Source: Armatimonadota bacterium
Lineage (GTDB): Bacteria > Armatimonadota > SYMT01
DNA: 64,000 nucleotides
Assembly (NCBI GenBank): GCA_041690135.1
Contig: JAWLHY010000002.1
Location: forward strand, 384,001 to 448,000
Reading direction: 5' to 3'
Shown: in pieces, positions 47,192 through 58,100 of the stretch
Position numbering within the stretch: position 1 is the stretch's first letter
Layout of the letters: each line of letters begins with the position of its first letter
The notes under the pieces: model-generated
The model's input: only the letters and a program-made list of their open reading frames with translations
Told to the model about the DNA's origin: nothing
The model's database searches: none
Position numbers and translations under genes: made by a program

Positions 47192-48262
47192 TTATGGCTG
47201 GAGCCAGCGTTCGAACCATTCCATGGCCGCGGTGCGTTGGTCTGAAGTGACGGCGTGACCCGTGTTCGGAGCCACGATCAGCTTTAGCCGGTCCAGGGCG
47301 CGGTGCTTGCGGTACTCGGCCTCGGCGGCGGCATAGCACTGCCGGACGCCCTCCATGGGGCAGCGATGGTCCTCACCGCCGTTCAGGATCAGCAACGGAC
47401 GGGGGGCGATCGCTTCCAGCATGCGGGGGCAGTCGAACCGGTCGGTGATGCCGGGCAGGACGCGGGCCCAGGCTTCCCGGGTGACGCGGGCATTGACCTC
47501 TTTCTCTCCCAGCGCTGCGGCCACGGCCTGGTGGAACCGGGGCAGGGTATCCGTGCGCGGGCGGAAGTTGCCGCTCTCGAGTTGGTAACCGAAGCGGGTC
47601 ACCCCGATACAGGGGACCGCCACCCGGACGCGCGGATCGGCCGCGGCGGTGAGCCAGGTGTTCATTCCGCCCATCGAGATCCCGATCATGCCGATCCGCT
47701 CCCCATCCACGTCGTCGCGGGTCTGGAGGTAGTCGAGGGCGCGGATCGTATCCGTCACGGTTTCGTACAGCCAGGGATGGCCCTTGCCGGTGCGGTACGC
47801 CCGGATAATGGCTTCCTCGTAGTCGATCTTCGCCAATTCGCCGTGATAGCGGGCGTCGGTAGCACACGCCACGAAGCCGCGGCTGGCGAGCTCCCGCAGG
47901 TAAGATTCGGTCCCTTCCTTCCGGCCGCGGGTGCCGTGCAGCACCAGCACGACCGGTCGTTTCCGAGGCTTCGCGCCTGCCGGCCGGAGGAGCAGCATGG
48001 CGACCCGCTGGCCCGGCTCGGAGGTGAAGAATACCTTCTCCCGGTGGAACGCGCCCGCCATGTCCCGCGACACGACTTCCGGGGCGAGGTCCGCCCGGCG
48101 CGGCGCTACCAGCTTCAGGAACTCGCGGCGGGTTCGCTCCGGGTCGGCGGCTCGGGCCGGCCTTGCCTGCATCAGCAGCGGAAAGCCGCCGGCGAGCGTG
48201 ACGAGTGCGCGGCGGGAGAGGCGGTGGGGGGCTTCCGGGTCAAGCATGGTGACTTCTGGCAT
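47192..48262 (-). CDS. Tat-exported alpha/beta hydrolase (dienelactone hydrolase/acetylxylan esterase-like)
   Basis: SRRALV Tat motif; VLHG, GISMGG, G..D, GH; start uncertain. Confidence 0.85.
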   Translation of the reverse strand: MPEVTMLDPEAPHRLSRRALVTLAGGFPLLMQARPARAADPERTRREFLKLVAPRRADLAPEVVSRDMAGAFHREKVFFTSEPGQRVAMLLLRPAGAKPRKRPVVLVLHGTRGRKEGTESYLRELASRGFVACATDARYHGELAKIDYEEAIIRAYRTGKGHPWLYETVTDTIRALDYLQTRDDVDGERIGMIGISMGGMNTWLTAAADPRVRVAVPCIGVTRFGYQLESGNFRPRTDTLPRFHQAVAAALGEKEVNARVTREAWARVLPGITDRFDCPRMLEAIAPRPLLILNGGEDHRCPMEGVRQCYAAAEAEYRKHRALDRLKLIVAPNTGHAVTSDQRTAAMEWFERWLQP

Positions 48263-48545
48263 GGCGGACCGGAGGGGACCTGGCGGGCTTTCCCGTGGGT
48301 CATGAGGAGAATTAGGGCGCACACCGCACCCTGCGCACCTGTTCGACGGAACCTGTCCAATGTCCCTACCGGGGGCTCCGCGGAATTGGCATTGAGTGCA
48401 AGGGCGTATACTATAGAGTTTTGGATGAGCCGGTACTCCGGCTCCGACCCTCAAGCACGTCGGCCCGCGCGAGGCATTCCGCCCGCCCGGCCGCTCCGGC
48501 GCTTCCGAAACCGGAAGCGCCGGTGACCCTGCAAACCGATCTGGT

Positions 48546-51284
48546 ATGAAGAACCTATACAAAACGTTTCCCCGAACGCTTGCCGGCCTCCTGACCCTTT
48601 TCCTGATGCTGGGCGGCCTGACGGCGCGCGCGGCCCAGGGGCAGACCCCGGCCACGAATTCCGCCGCCAACATCACGGCCGGCGTCAAGGAGACGATCCT
48701 GCCGAACGGGCTCAAGGTCCTGACCAAGGAAGTCCGCAACGCACCGGTCGTTAGCTTTGCCGTCTGGTACAAGGTCGGCTCCCGGAACGAGCACACCGGG
48801 ATCACGGGCGTTTCGCACCTGCTGGAACACCTGCTGTTCAAGGGCACCAAGAAGTACGGCCTGGGCGAAATCTCCCGGACCCTCTTCGTGAATGGCGCCA
48901 GCTTCAACGCGAGCACCTATTACGACTGGACCAACTACTACGAGACGCTCTCCTCCGACCGCCTCGAGCTCGCGATGCAGATCGAAGCGGACCGGATGGT
49001 CAACAGCCGTATCGATAAGGCCGATCTCGACTCGGAGATGTCGGTGGTCCGCAGCGAGCTGGAAGGACGGGAGAACAGCCCAGGGACGCTGCTCTACCAG
49101 GCCGTGCAGGCCGCCGCGTTCCAGGCGCACCCGTACCAGTGGCCGGTGATCGGCTGGCGGACCGACGTGGAAAACGTCTCCCGCGACGCCATCTACAATT
49201 ATTACAAGACGTACTACGGCCCCAACAACGCGACCGTGGTGATGGTGGGCGACTTCGAAACGGAGAAGGCGCTGGACCTGGTGCGCAAGCACTTCGGGAA
49301 GCTCAAGCGGATCCCGGAGCCGCCGCAGGTCTACACCAGCGAGCCGCCGCAGCGGGGCGAGCGCCGCGTGGAAGTGCGCCGCGCCGGATCGCTCCCGATG
49401 ACCTTGATCGCCTACCGGACGCCGGAAGCGAAGCACCCGGATTTCTATGCTCTCGATGCCCTTTCCATCGTGCTGGGCGAAGGTCGTGTCAGCCGGCTCT
49501 ACCAGGCGCTGGTCGAGAAGCAGATCGCTTCGGATGTGGACGCCGGCGCTGCCAGTCTGCGGGATCCCTATCTCATCACCGTCTCCGCCACGGCGCGTCC
49601 TGGGGTGACCGTGGAGAAGCTGGAAGCCGCGCTTCTGGCCGAGATCGAGCGCCTGAAGAAGGAGCCGATCACCGCCGAGGAGTTGGAGCGGGTCAAGAGC
49701 CAGATCGAGGCGAGCTTCGTCTTCCAGAACGACAGCGTCACCTCGCAGGCGAACCAGATCGGCTACTGGGCGATGATCGACGACTGGCGCTATCTCTCCA
49801 CCTACCTGGACCGCATCCGCGCCCTGAAGCCGGCGGACATCCAGAAGGTGGCGCAGAAGTACTTCGTGACGGACGCCCGCACGGTGGGCCATTTCATTCC
49901 CACCGCCGGCGCCGCCCCCACCGCTCCGCCGCCGCGCGAGGCCTCCGCCCGCGTGGAGAAGGCGAAGAAGGGCGCGCGCCCGGTGCCGCTGCCGAAGCCC
50001 TCGCCGGCCCCCCGCGTGGCCCGGCAGGTCGCCCGGTTCAAGCTCGATAACGGCGTCTCCGTCATTGTCCAGCCGAACCATAACAACCCGACCTTCGCCC
50101 TGCGCGGCAGCCTCGGGGCCGGGAGTATCCTGGAGCCGAAGGACAAAGAAGGTCTGGCCGGTATCACCGCGGCGATGCTCTCCCGCGGCACCGAGAAGCG
50201 CAGCGCGCTGGAGTTCGCGGCGGCCCTCGCCAACCGGGGCGCCAGCCTCTCGGCGAGCGGGGGGACGCTGGCGACCTCTCTGTCCGCCCGAGGCCGCACC
50301 CAGGACTTTGATCTGGTGATGGACCTGCTGGCCGAGATGCTGCGCCAGCCCACCTTCCCGGCCGATCAGCTCGAGCGGCTGAAAGGCCAGATACTGGCGG
50401 GTATCGAGCAGCAGAAGGACGATCCGGACAGCCGGGCCAACCGCGCCTTTGAGCGGCAGGTCTATCCCGTAGGCCACCCGCTGCGGCCGGCGACCCTGGA
50501 AGAAGCCGCGAAAGCCGTTGCCGGCCTGACCCGCGAGGATCTAGTCAACTTCTACCGTCAGCAGTACGGGCCGGAGCGCATGATCCTGGTGATATCGGGT
50601 GACGTAACCGCCGAGAAGGTGAAGCAGGCCCTGCAATCTCGCCTGGGCGACTGGCCGAAGAACCCGAACGCGAAGCCGATCCCGCAGGTGGACCTGGCGC
50701 TGCAGCAGAAAGCGGAACGGCTCAACATCGAGATCCCGGACAAGAGCGAGACTGCGATCCTGTTCGGTCACGCGGGGGGGCTGAAGCGGAGCGATCCGGA
50801 CTTCTACGCCACGCAGGTGATGAACATGATCCTGGGCGGCGGCGGCGCGCTGAACAGCCGCCTCGGCGACGTGATCCGCGACGAGCAGGGGCTGGCGTAC
50901 ACCGTCTTCAGCTTCTTCGACTCGGACCTCTATCCGGGGCCGTTCATGATCTCGCTGGGAACCAATCCCGCCAACGCGGAGAAGGCGATCACCAGCCTCC
51001 AGAGCGAGCTCCGCCGCATCCGCGAGCAGGGGGTGACCCAGCGCGAGGTGGATGAGGCGATCGCCTACGTCACCGGACGCTTCCCACTGCGCCTGGAGAC
51101 CAACTCCGGCCTGGCGGAGATCCTCTGGGTGGCGGAGTTCTATAACCTGGGGCCGGACTACATCGACAAGTACGCCGATTACTACCGGGCCGTGACCGTC
51201 GCGATGGTGAACGAGGCGGCGCGCAAGCACCTCCATCCGGACACTGCTACGCTGGTCACCGCCGGACCGCCGCCGGTGAAGTAG
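48546..51284 (+). CDS. M16 family zinc peptidase (PqqL/pitrilysin-like)
   Basis: Signal peptide; HLLEH (HxxEH); HPY, Y.PNNA, IRDEQGLAY; two-lobed architecture. Confidence 0.93.
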   Translation: MKNLYKTFPRTLAGLLTLFLMLGGLTARAAQGQTPATNSAANITAGVKETILPNGLKVLTKEVRNAPVVSFAVWYKVGSRNEHTGITGVSHLLEHLLFKGTKKYGLGEISRTLFVNGASFNASTYYDWTNYYETLSSDRLELAMQIEADRMVNSRIDKADLDSEMSVVRSELEGRENSPGTLLYQAVQAAAFQAHPYQWPVIGWRTDVENVSRDAIYNYYKTYYGPNNATVVMVGDFETEKALDLVRKHFGKLKRIPEPPQVYTSEPPQRGERRVEVRRAGSLPMTLIAYRTPEAKHPDFYALDALSIVLGEGRVSRLYQALVEKQIASDVDAGAASLRDPYLITVSATARPGVTVEKLEAALLAEIERLKKEPITAEELERVKSQIEASFVFQNDSVTSQANQIGYWAMIDDWRYLSTYLDRIRALKPADIQKVAQKYFVTDARTVGHFIPTAGAAPTAPPPREASARVEKAKKGARPVPLPKPSPAPRVARQVARFKLDNGVSVIVQPNHNNPTFALRGSLGAGSILEPKDKEGLAGITAAMLSRGTEKRSALEFAAALANRGASLSASGGTLATSLSARGRTQDFDLVMDLLAEMLRQPTFPADQLERLKGQILAGIEQQKDDPDSRANRAFERQVYPVGHPLRPATLEEAAKAVAGLTREDLVNFYRQQYGPERMILVISGDVTAEKVKQALQSRLGDWPKNPNAKPIPQVDLALQQKAERLNIEIPDKSETAILFGHAGGLKRSDPDFYATQVMNMILGGGGALNSRLGDVIRDEQGLAYTVFSFFDSDLYPGPFMISLGTNPANAEKAITSLQSELRRIREQGVTQREVDEAIAYVTGRFPLRLETNSGLAEILWVAEFYNLGPDYIDKYADYYRAVTVAMVNEAARKHLHPDTATLVTAGPPPVK

Positions 51285-51301
51285 GTTCAACGTTCGGCTA
51301 T

Positions 51302-51341
51302 GGAACATCCCCTTCTCCAAACGAGAAGGGGATGTTCCTTT
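51302..51341 (+). terminator. Intrinsic terminator after the M16 peptidase gene
   Basis: GGAACATCCCCTTCTC-caaac-GAGAAGGGGATGTTCC-TTT. Confidence 0.75.
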
Positions 51342-51908
51342 GTAGACTGAAAATATAAGAGTAATAATATGATGAATGCATAGATCCAAACGAACGTCGC
51401 TGCGAGGAGAGGTAGAAACCAACCGACTTCCCAGACCCTCATCCGCAATACCGCCGAAGCGCAGCCGACTTGCCTCTGCACCCCGGTACCCGACGTGGCA
51501 GGCCCCCTGGTCAGAGCACCCGTCCTTACGCGGCCGTGGCAATCTCGTGGTCAGGGCACCTCTCCTTGCACCGGCAATCAGCCGCCCCACCACCGCCGTG
51601 CATCGGGTACCGTGGTGCAGTCGGGGAGGGGACGCAGGGCCCCGGTCGGGGAGGGCGACCCCGACCCCACTAGTGCACCACCGCACCCTATCCGAACATC
51701 CGAACGCCCGAACATTCCCCCCACAGGCGGGGCCGAACACCTATCCTGGCGGGCGAGACGCCCGCGCTTCTACTATTCGCCCTCATTCGCCGTATTCGCG
51801 GATCACAAGTCACAGATGTAGCAGGAGATCAACACGCGTCTCGGGAATCCGCATTCAAGGAGCGGAAGCCTGCTTCCGTATCGACCGACCGAGTTCCGGA
51901 TCCGCAAA

Positions 51909-53372
51909 GTGAAAGCAACCATCCCAGAACTGCTGCAGAGCGTCGATCTCTTTGCCGGACTGGAGCCGGAAACGCTGTCCGCCATCGTCGCGCGGGCTCG
52001 GTACCGGAGTTATCCTGCCCAGGAGGCGCTCTTTCACGAGGGAGATCCAGGCGAGACGTTGTACATCATCGTGCGCGGTGAGGTAAGCATTCAGCGCGTC
52101 GGCGGCGGCGGAGAGGTCGTCCAGATTGCGCGCAGGGGGCCTGGCGATCCCATTGGCGAGCTGGCTTTGATCGACGGCAAGCCCCGGATGGCGGATGCGG
52201 TGACCGCCGAACCCTGTGATCTGCTGGTCCTCGACCGATCGGGTTTTCTGACGTGGGTGGAGGAGTCGCCGCGGATCGCCCTGGCGGTCATCCACTGCCT
52301 CGCGAGCCGCATCAGGGAAGCGGCGGACGATCTGGAACACCATGTAACCCGGAGTGTCCTGGCGCGAGTGGCCGCCGAACTCCTGGAAATCGCCCCATTA
52401 CAGCCTCGGTCGCGCACCGGCTCGGAAGCCGCGACCCGAATCCGGATCAGCACCCAGGAACTCGCCCAGCGCGTCGGGGCGACGCGTGAGAGCGTCAGCC
52501 GCGCTCTCACGCGGCTGCGGAACATGGGTGCCCTGGAGGCGGGCCGGGTGATCTGCATTCGAGATGAGAAGCTGCTCCGGAGCCAGGTGGAAGTGCCTGC
52601 CTCCGAGAAAGCTCCACTCCTAACAGTGCCTCCCCCTGTGTTCGGGCCCCGGTCGCCCACTACAATCCGGCCGCCCCAACTCCGGTGGGGCGGGGAGCTT
52701 CGCTCTCGCCTATGTGAGATCCCCCTCTTTAGCGCGATGGATCCGGAAGACCTTACCGATTTGATGGCCCGAAGCCGTTGTCGCCAGTTTCCGGCCGACG
52801 AGGTGCTCTACCACACCGGCGACCCCTGCCACACTCTCTACGTGGTGCTGGTAGGTTGGGTCCAGCTCCGCCGGATCGCTCCTACCCGGGAGATCGTCTC
52901 CCTGGCCCGCCGGGGCCCCTGGGAGACCTTTGGAGAACTGGGCCTTCTCGATGGCGAGCCGCGCATGTCGGATGCGGTGACCGCCGCCCCCAGCGAGATC
53001 CTGATGGTTCCCGGCGCCCCGCTGGTGGAGTGCCTGGAACGCTCTCCCCGGGTGGCGCTAGCGATGCTGGCCACCCTGGCGGACCGCTTGCGCGATGCCG
53101 CGAACGCACTCGAGCAGCGGCGCGGCCAGGACGTACTCCGGCGGGTGGCGGCGCTCCTTATGGAGCTATCGCGCGAAACCGCCTCCACACGTTCGGCTGC
53201 TTCGGTACGGATAACCCAGGAGCATCTGGCCGTGGAGGTCGGCGCCCGGCGTGAAAGCGTCAATCGGGCCCTGGGCCGCCTTCGCAATGCCGGTGCGATC
53301 CGTCTCTACGGGGGCCGTTGGCTGGTCTCCGATCCCGCCAAGCTCTCCCGCTTCACTGAAGACCAGCGGTAA
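51909..53372 (+). CDS. Tandem (double) Crp/Fnr-family transcriptional regulator
   Basis: Two full cNMP-binding + HTH units: GELAL..PRMA..GATRESVSR and GELGL..PRMS..GARRESVNR. Confidence 0.88.
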   Translation: MKATIPELLQSVDLFAGLEPETLSAIVARARYRSYPAQEALFHEGDPGETLYIIVRGEVSIQRVGGGGEVVQIARRGPGDPIGELALIDGKPRMADAVTAEPCDLLVLDRSGFLTWVEESPRIALAVIHCLASRIREAADDLEHHVTRSVLARVAAELLEIAPLQPRSRTGSEAATRIRISTQELAQRVGATRESVSRALTRLRNMGALEAGRVICIRDEKLLRSQVEVPASEKAPLLTVPPPVFGPRSPTTIRPPQLRWGGELRSRLCEIPLFSAMDPEDLTDLMARSRCRQFPADEVLYHTGDPCHTLYVVLVGWVQLRRIAPTREIVSLARRGPWETFGELGLLDGEPRMSDAVTAAPSEILMVPGAPLVECLERSPRVALAMLATLADRLRDAANALEQRRGQDVLRRVAALLMELSRETASTRSAASVRITQEHLAVEVGARRESVNRALGRLRNAGAIRLYGGRWLVSDPAKLSRFTEDQR

Positions 53373-53620
53373 TCCTTTTCGCCGCCCATGTCATACTCGT
53401 GACGAGAATCACGTCCGCCTGTGTGCATCATCACGGCCGGCGAGGGTCCACCGTTGGTAGGATAATCCCGGCCGATCTCCAGGTCGTCGAGTCCCGGAAG
53501 GGGCTCCCCAGATTTCCCTGCGTGCCGCCCACTAACCAATCAACTGGCGCGCAGCACCTTCGGATTGAGTGTCCCTCGCGGTGGGGGTGGAGACGGCGCC
53601 GTTGGTGCCCACCGGAACGC

Positions 53621-53656
53621 CAACAAAGCCCGAGCCGTTTGGCTCGGGCTTTGTTG
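53621..53656. terminator. Bidirectional terminator-like hairpin
   Basis: CAACAAAGCCCGAGCC-gttt-GGCTCGGGCTTTGTTG between convergent genes. Confidence 0.75.
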
Positions 53657-53709
53657 TTGCTGTCCGGCCGGAACGGTGGACAGTCCATTCAACGGAACCG
53701 GATCCGCAT

Positions 53710-54498
53710 CTACCGCGGCGCACGGTCCGCCGGCCAGCCGGTTGCCGGCAGTGTCGTCCACTTCTTGCCATACGGGATCGTCTTGGCGTGCCCGTCGAAG
53801 TAGATCGCGTTATAGCCGCGCGAATGATTGTGGTTGCTGTTGGGCGGAATGGCGTCCGGCCCTTCCCAACCGAACGCCCCTCTCTCGAGGAACAGCATTC
53901 TTTCGGCAGGCCGGTCGGCAATCTCGGAAGGAGGCTCATCGTGCAGGCTGCGGTAGCCGTCCGGATAGCGGACGCACGGGAACGGCCCCGAGGCCCCCGC
54001 GGTACTGCCCGGACACCAGGTGTTGAACACCCAGTTCGGGAACCACTGGTACGATTGCCGGCCGGCCGCGATGAACGCCTGGGTGGGTGACGCCGTGGAG
54101 TCGGAGGGGCAATACCACACGTTCATGTTTTTGATGTAGGGGTTAAGCTGCACCGACATCAGCGTCCGGTAGAACTCCGGACCGTAGGCGCATCCGGTGT
54201 AGGCCGGCCCACCATCTCCCGGATTGAAGCCGGCCCAGTAGCCCCCGCAATCGGCGTTACCGAACGGGTTTACCTCCCAGTTTCGCGGGCCGGGATAGGT
54301 TCCCATGGGAAATTTTTCGTCGTAATCCCCCGCGTACATCTTCACGGCCAGGCCGATCTGTTTCAGGTTCGACAGGCAGGAGGTGAGCCGGGCCGACTCG
54401 CGCGCCTGTGCGAATACGGGGAACAGGATCGCCGCAAGTATGGCTATGATGGCGATAACGACTAGGAGCTCAATCAGGGTGAAACCTCGTCGTTTCAT
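53710..54498 (-). CDS. Prepilin-type N-terminal cleavage/methylation protein (DUF1559 / H-X9-DG)
   Basis: [44 protein letters not shown]; CPSD; [13 protein letters not shown]. Confidence 0.93.
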   Translation of the reverse strand: MKRRGFTLIELLVVIAIIAILAAILFPVFAQARESARLTSCLSNLKQIGLAVKMYAGDYDEKFPMGTYPGPRNWEVNPFGNADCGGYWAGFNPGDGGPAYTGCAYGPEFYRTLMSVQLNPYIKNMNVWYCPSDSTASPTQAFIAAGRQSYQWFPNWVFNTWCPGSTAGASGPFPCVRYPDGYRSLHDEPPSEIADRPAERMLFLERGAFGWEGPDAIPPNSNHNHSRGYNAIYFDGHAKTIPYGKKWTTLPATGWPADRAPR

Positions 54499-54529
54499 TG
54501 TGTTTTCCTTTCTTCCACTGGGCAGCATC

Positions 54530-54805
54530 TCACCGGCCCGAGCCCGCCGGCAGGGCCGTTCCGGGCGGTGTGCCCGCTGATGGCGAGGGGGCGCTCGTTC
54601 CGTTGCCCTTGGATGTAGACGCTGGCGGTCCACTAACCCCACCCATGCGTCGCTGCATCTCCGCCTGAACGTCGGCCGGCATCCGGTTTCCTTCCGCTGT
54701 TGGGGTCGTGGGACGCTCGGATTGGCATCCGGTAGCGCACAATGCTCCCAGCAGCGTCAGGACGGCCAGCATCCAGGTGGTGGACCTGGAATCCCGTTGT
54801 TTCAC
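54530..54805 (-). CDS. Small lipoprotein
   Basis: GTG start after GGAGG; hydrophobic signal ending ATG-C (lipobox); low-complexity tail. Confidence 0.7.
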   Translation of the reverse strand: MKQRDSRSTTWMLAVLTLLGALCATGCQSERPTTPTAEGNRMPADVQAEMQRRMGGVSGPPASTSKGNGTSAPSPSAGTPPGTALPAGSGR

Positions 54806-55147
54806 TATTTTTCCCTCCAAACCCACGGCAGTTACTTCTTCGTAAGCCGCGAGGACAAGCAACACTCCACCCTGGACTCTCACCTCCAACGACCTCCGAA
54901 GATTCTGGAGAATGAGACGAGGACAGACCGCCATCCGAGGAACGATCTGTATTGCGGAGATTATACAACCGTAACTCATCTTCCACCACAGTGGTCGAAC
55001 TTCCTGCATGCATTCTTCGCGTTGATTGAGGGTGGTCCAGATTAACTACGGGGAGTTGTCTCGTGACGTAACGGTTATGCGTTGGGTCTGTGCCAGGTAG
55101 ATGTGGCGCCAGGAATGGCGACAGCAGGCGGCGAATCACGCAAGGGA

Positions 55148-58100
55148 CTACCGTGCAGTGGCCAACAACTGGACCTCCACGCGTGTCTTGCGCGGGTCGC
55201 TACTGCGGACCGATAGCGTGCCGGTCGCCCGGCCCTTCTCCGTCGCACTGTACTGCACCGGCACCTGCAGCCGGCCCCGCGGCGGGATCACCTGCGTCCC
55301 GCCTCCCGAAAGGGTGAACCCGGCGCCACTTACCGGTCCCAGCTTTACGGTCAGCGAGGCCCGGCGATCCACGTTACGCAGCAGCAGCTTTTTCTCGCGC
55401 ACCGTGCCCACCCGCACCTTGCCGAAGGAGAGCTTCTTCGCCACCACCAGCTTGCCGCCCGGTGTCGCCCCCGTCTCCGCCACGCTCGGCCCCGCATACG
55501 CGGAGTCCCCGCCCGCGTTGGTGGCGCGGACCCGGTACTCGTAGCGGGTCAGCTCGGAAAGACCCGTATCGTTAAAGGTGGTGGTGTTTGCTCCGGTGAC
55601 CGCCACCAGCAGGAAGCTGCCGTCGTTCGCCCGGCGTTCGATCTCAAAGCTGTCTTTCGTGGTGCTGGTGTCGGTCCAGGCCAGGGAGACCGCGGTGGGG
55701 GAGAGGACGGTGGCCGCGAGACCCGTGGGGGCGGAGGGGGCCTCGGGTGGGGCGGCGGTCACCGATACGGGTACCTGCACGCTGCCGGCTCCGGCCACGG
55801 TCACGGTGACCGCGGTGTTTCCCGCGCTTACCGGGCGGACGGAGACGTCCGAGCTAACCGCGGCAATGCCGGGGTTCTGGCTCACCACCTGGGTAGCCGA
55901 AGAGCGGGTGACCTCGCGCCACTCCCCACCGGGGAGCTGTCCATAAACGGCGAGCGGGGCCGGGTAGCCGCTGTCGAGGGTCAGGCGCTCCGGCACCACC
56001 GTGAGCGCGGTGTACGGGGTGCTGTCCTGGAGGGTCAGTTCCAGCAACGCTTCGCGGACCTCCCCGTCCTCGGCGCGCACGGAGGCGGCCAGGGCAAACC
56101 GGCCGGAGGGGATCGCCTCCACCACCAGGTCCAGCGCGGGAGCCTTGCCGCCGATGCGCGCGGAGGCAGTACCTCCACGGGTGGGCCACAACAGGAGCAT
56201 GCCGTCAATCGTTTTTCCGGGCCAGCTCACGGATACACGCACAGATTGGCCTACTGCTACCAGACCCTCCGCGGCGTCCGTGGAAAGGGTAGGGCCGTCT
56301 TTGCCTGCGCTTCCGAAAGGACGGATGTTCAGGTCGCCCGGCTCGGCAAGCTCGGCAAGTCGCCGTTCGGCGGTGGAGAGTGTCGGGTCGAAGGCCGGGA
56401 AGGGCGCGAAGAAGCTGCTGGTGGTGGCCTGGTTGAGCAGGAACTCCACCCGGTTGGACACCTGCAGATCTCCCGTCTGCTGCAGGTGCGTCAACCGGCC
56501 CGCCAGGACTCCGATCTGGGTCCGCTCCGAGTAAGCTCCCGCGGGGAGACCTCCGATGGCGCTGCGCGAGCCGAGGGTGAGATCGTAGTTGGGAGCCAAC
56601 TCGCCGGGAGCCTGGTCCACGTTGTAGTCCATGTTGAACACGTAGTTCGTCAGGCGGCGGATTCCGGCGAAATTGTCGTTTCCGGAGCGGAAGCTTTCCC
56701 CGGCTCCCCGGTAGGGGCCGTCTTCGTCGTCATACCAGTGCAGGAGCTGGAAGAAAGTGTATTCGGGGCTCTCGGCGTACTCCACGAGGCCGGAGCCCAC
56801 GATGGCGTGCCCTGGAAACGGTGTGGCGGTGCGGAGAAGGCCGGCGGCGCCCGTGGTCACGAACTGGTCGCGCATGGCCCCCCGGTCGAATCGGAGAGCA
56901 CCCCAGCCCGCAAACACGCCGATCTTGCCCGAAGAACGCCGGTTTGCGGCGGCGCAGTGGTTCACGATGGCCGCTCCGCGGTGGGTGGCTCCGATGGTGA
57001 TCAGCTTGTGGATCGGACCATGCCCCCAGTTTTCGAGGGTCCGGAATCCCGTCTCCTCGTTGGCGGAGGCGATCGGTTGGCTTTGCAACTGCGCCGCAAC
57101 CCGCGTGACTACGCCCCCGTAGCTGTGTGTGACCACGTCGGCCTGCGTCGCCGCGACTTCGCGAAGCCGTGCCCACTGCCGGATCGTCCGGGTGAACTGC
57201 GGCAAGAGTTCGCGCGCGGTTTTCACCGCGCCTCCGGCCGCTCCGTCGACCGAAGCGAAGGAGAGGCGCCCCACGTTGAACGGCTTCCCCCCGGCGACCT
57301 GGTAACGGTTCAGGTCGTTGCCGCTCTGGCGGAACAGCGGGAAACTCCACCAGGTGTCGGGGCTGGAGAAGGTCCCATGTACCAGCAGGACCAGCGGTCG
57401 GACGACGGTGATTTCTTTGTAGAGGAGGCTGTCGAAACCTTCCCCCAGACGTCCCGGCACGCAAACGCGGAGCGTGACGTCCCGCGTCTCGTGGTGCTGC
57501 AGGTTGGTGTTCCGCGCGAAATCCCGCGGCGCCCGGTAGAGCGCGAAGGCCCACAGTTTCCCTTCGATCACCCGCACGGGGACGTGCAGCTCTTGCGGGC
57601 CGCGCCCCTGACCATCGCGTTGCCCCCCGCTTTCGGAGAGATCGTAGAGACCCAGGTCCTCCAGGTTCCAGAGACTGCCGGGGTCGTCCGCTCCGGCCGC
57701 GCCCACGGACATGTGGACGTCACCCGCGACTCCTTCGGGCAGCGGCACGCGCACCAGCAGTAGGGTCACCCCGTCGGCGGCAATGCGGGAGACGGAGCGT
57801 CCGAGATGGGGCCAGAGCTCGGAACCCAGGAGCGAGTAGTCCACGCTCGCTGCAGGCAGTCGCACGGGATCGGCTGCGGGGAAAGAGGCATCGTAGAGCT
57901 CCACTTCCGGGCGGGGAAAGGCTGCGTCGTACTTGACGGTCAGGAAATCTTCCGAGTTGGGTAAGCCGGCGCCCCCACCCGCGAAATAGACGCTCCCCGC
58001 GCCGTCTACCGCCAGATCCCGGAGACGCACGCCGGAATACTTGGAGTCGCCGAACTGCCGCTGCCAGCGCTCCTCACCGGCGAGGTCATAGGCCACCACG

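Noticed and set aside
48426-48525. Riboswitch in the M16 peptidase 5' region (two GC-rich hairpins)
   Set aside because: No recognisable aptamer consensus or U tract; hairpins alone are weak evidence at this GC content.
53710-54805. Type IV pilus or novel secretion locus
   Set aside because: DUF1559 prepilin-like genes with a small lipoprotein partner are a common paralogous family in these lineages; no assembly genes are in the window.
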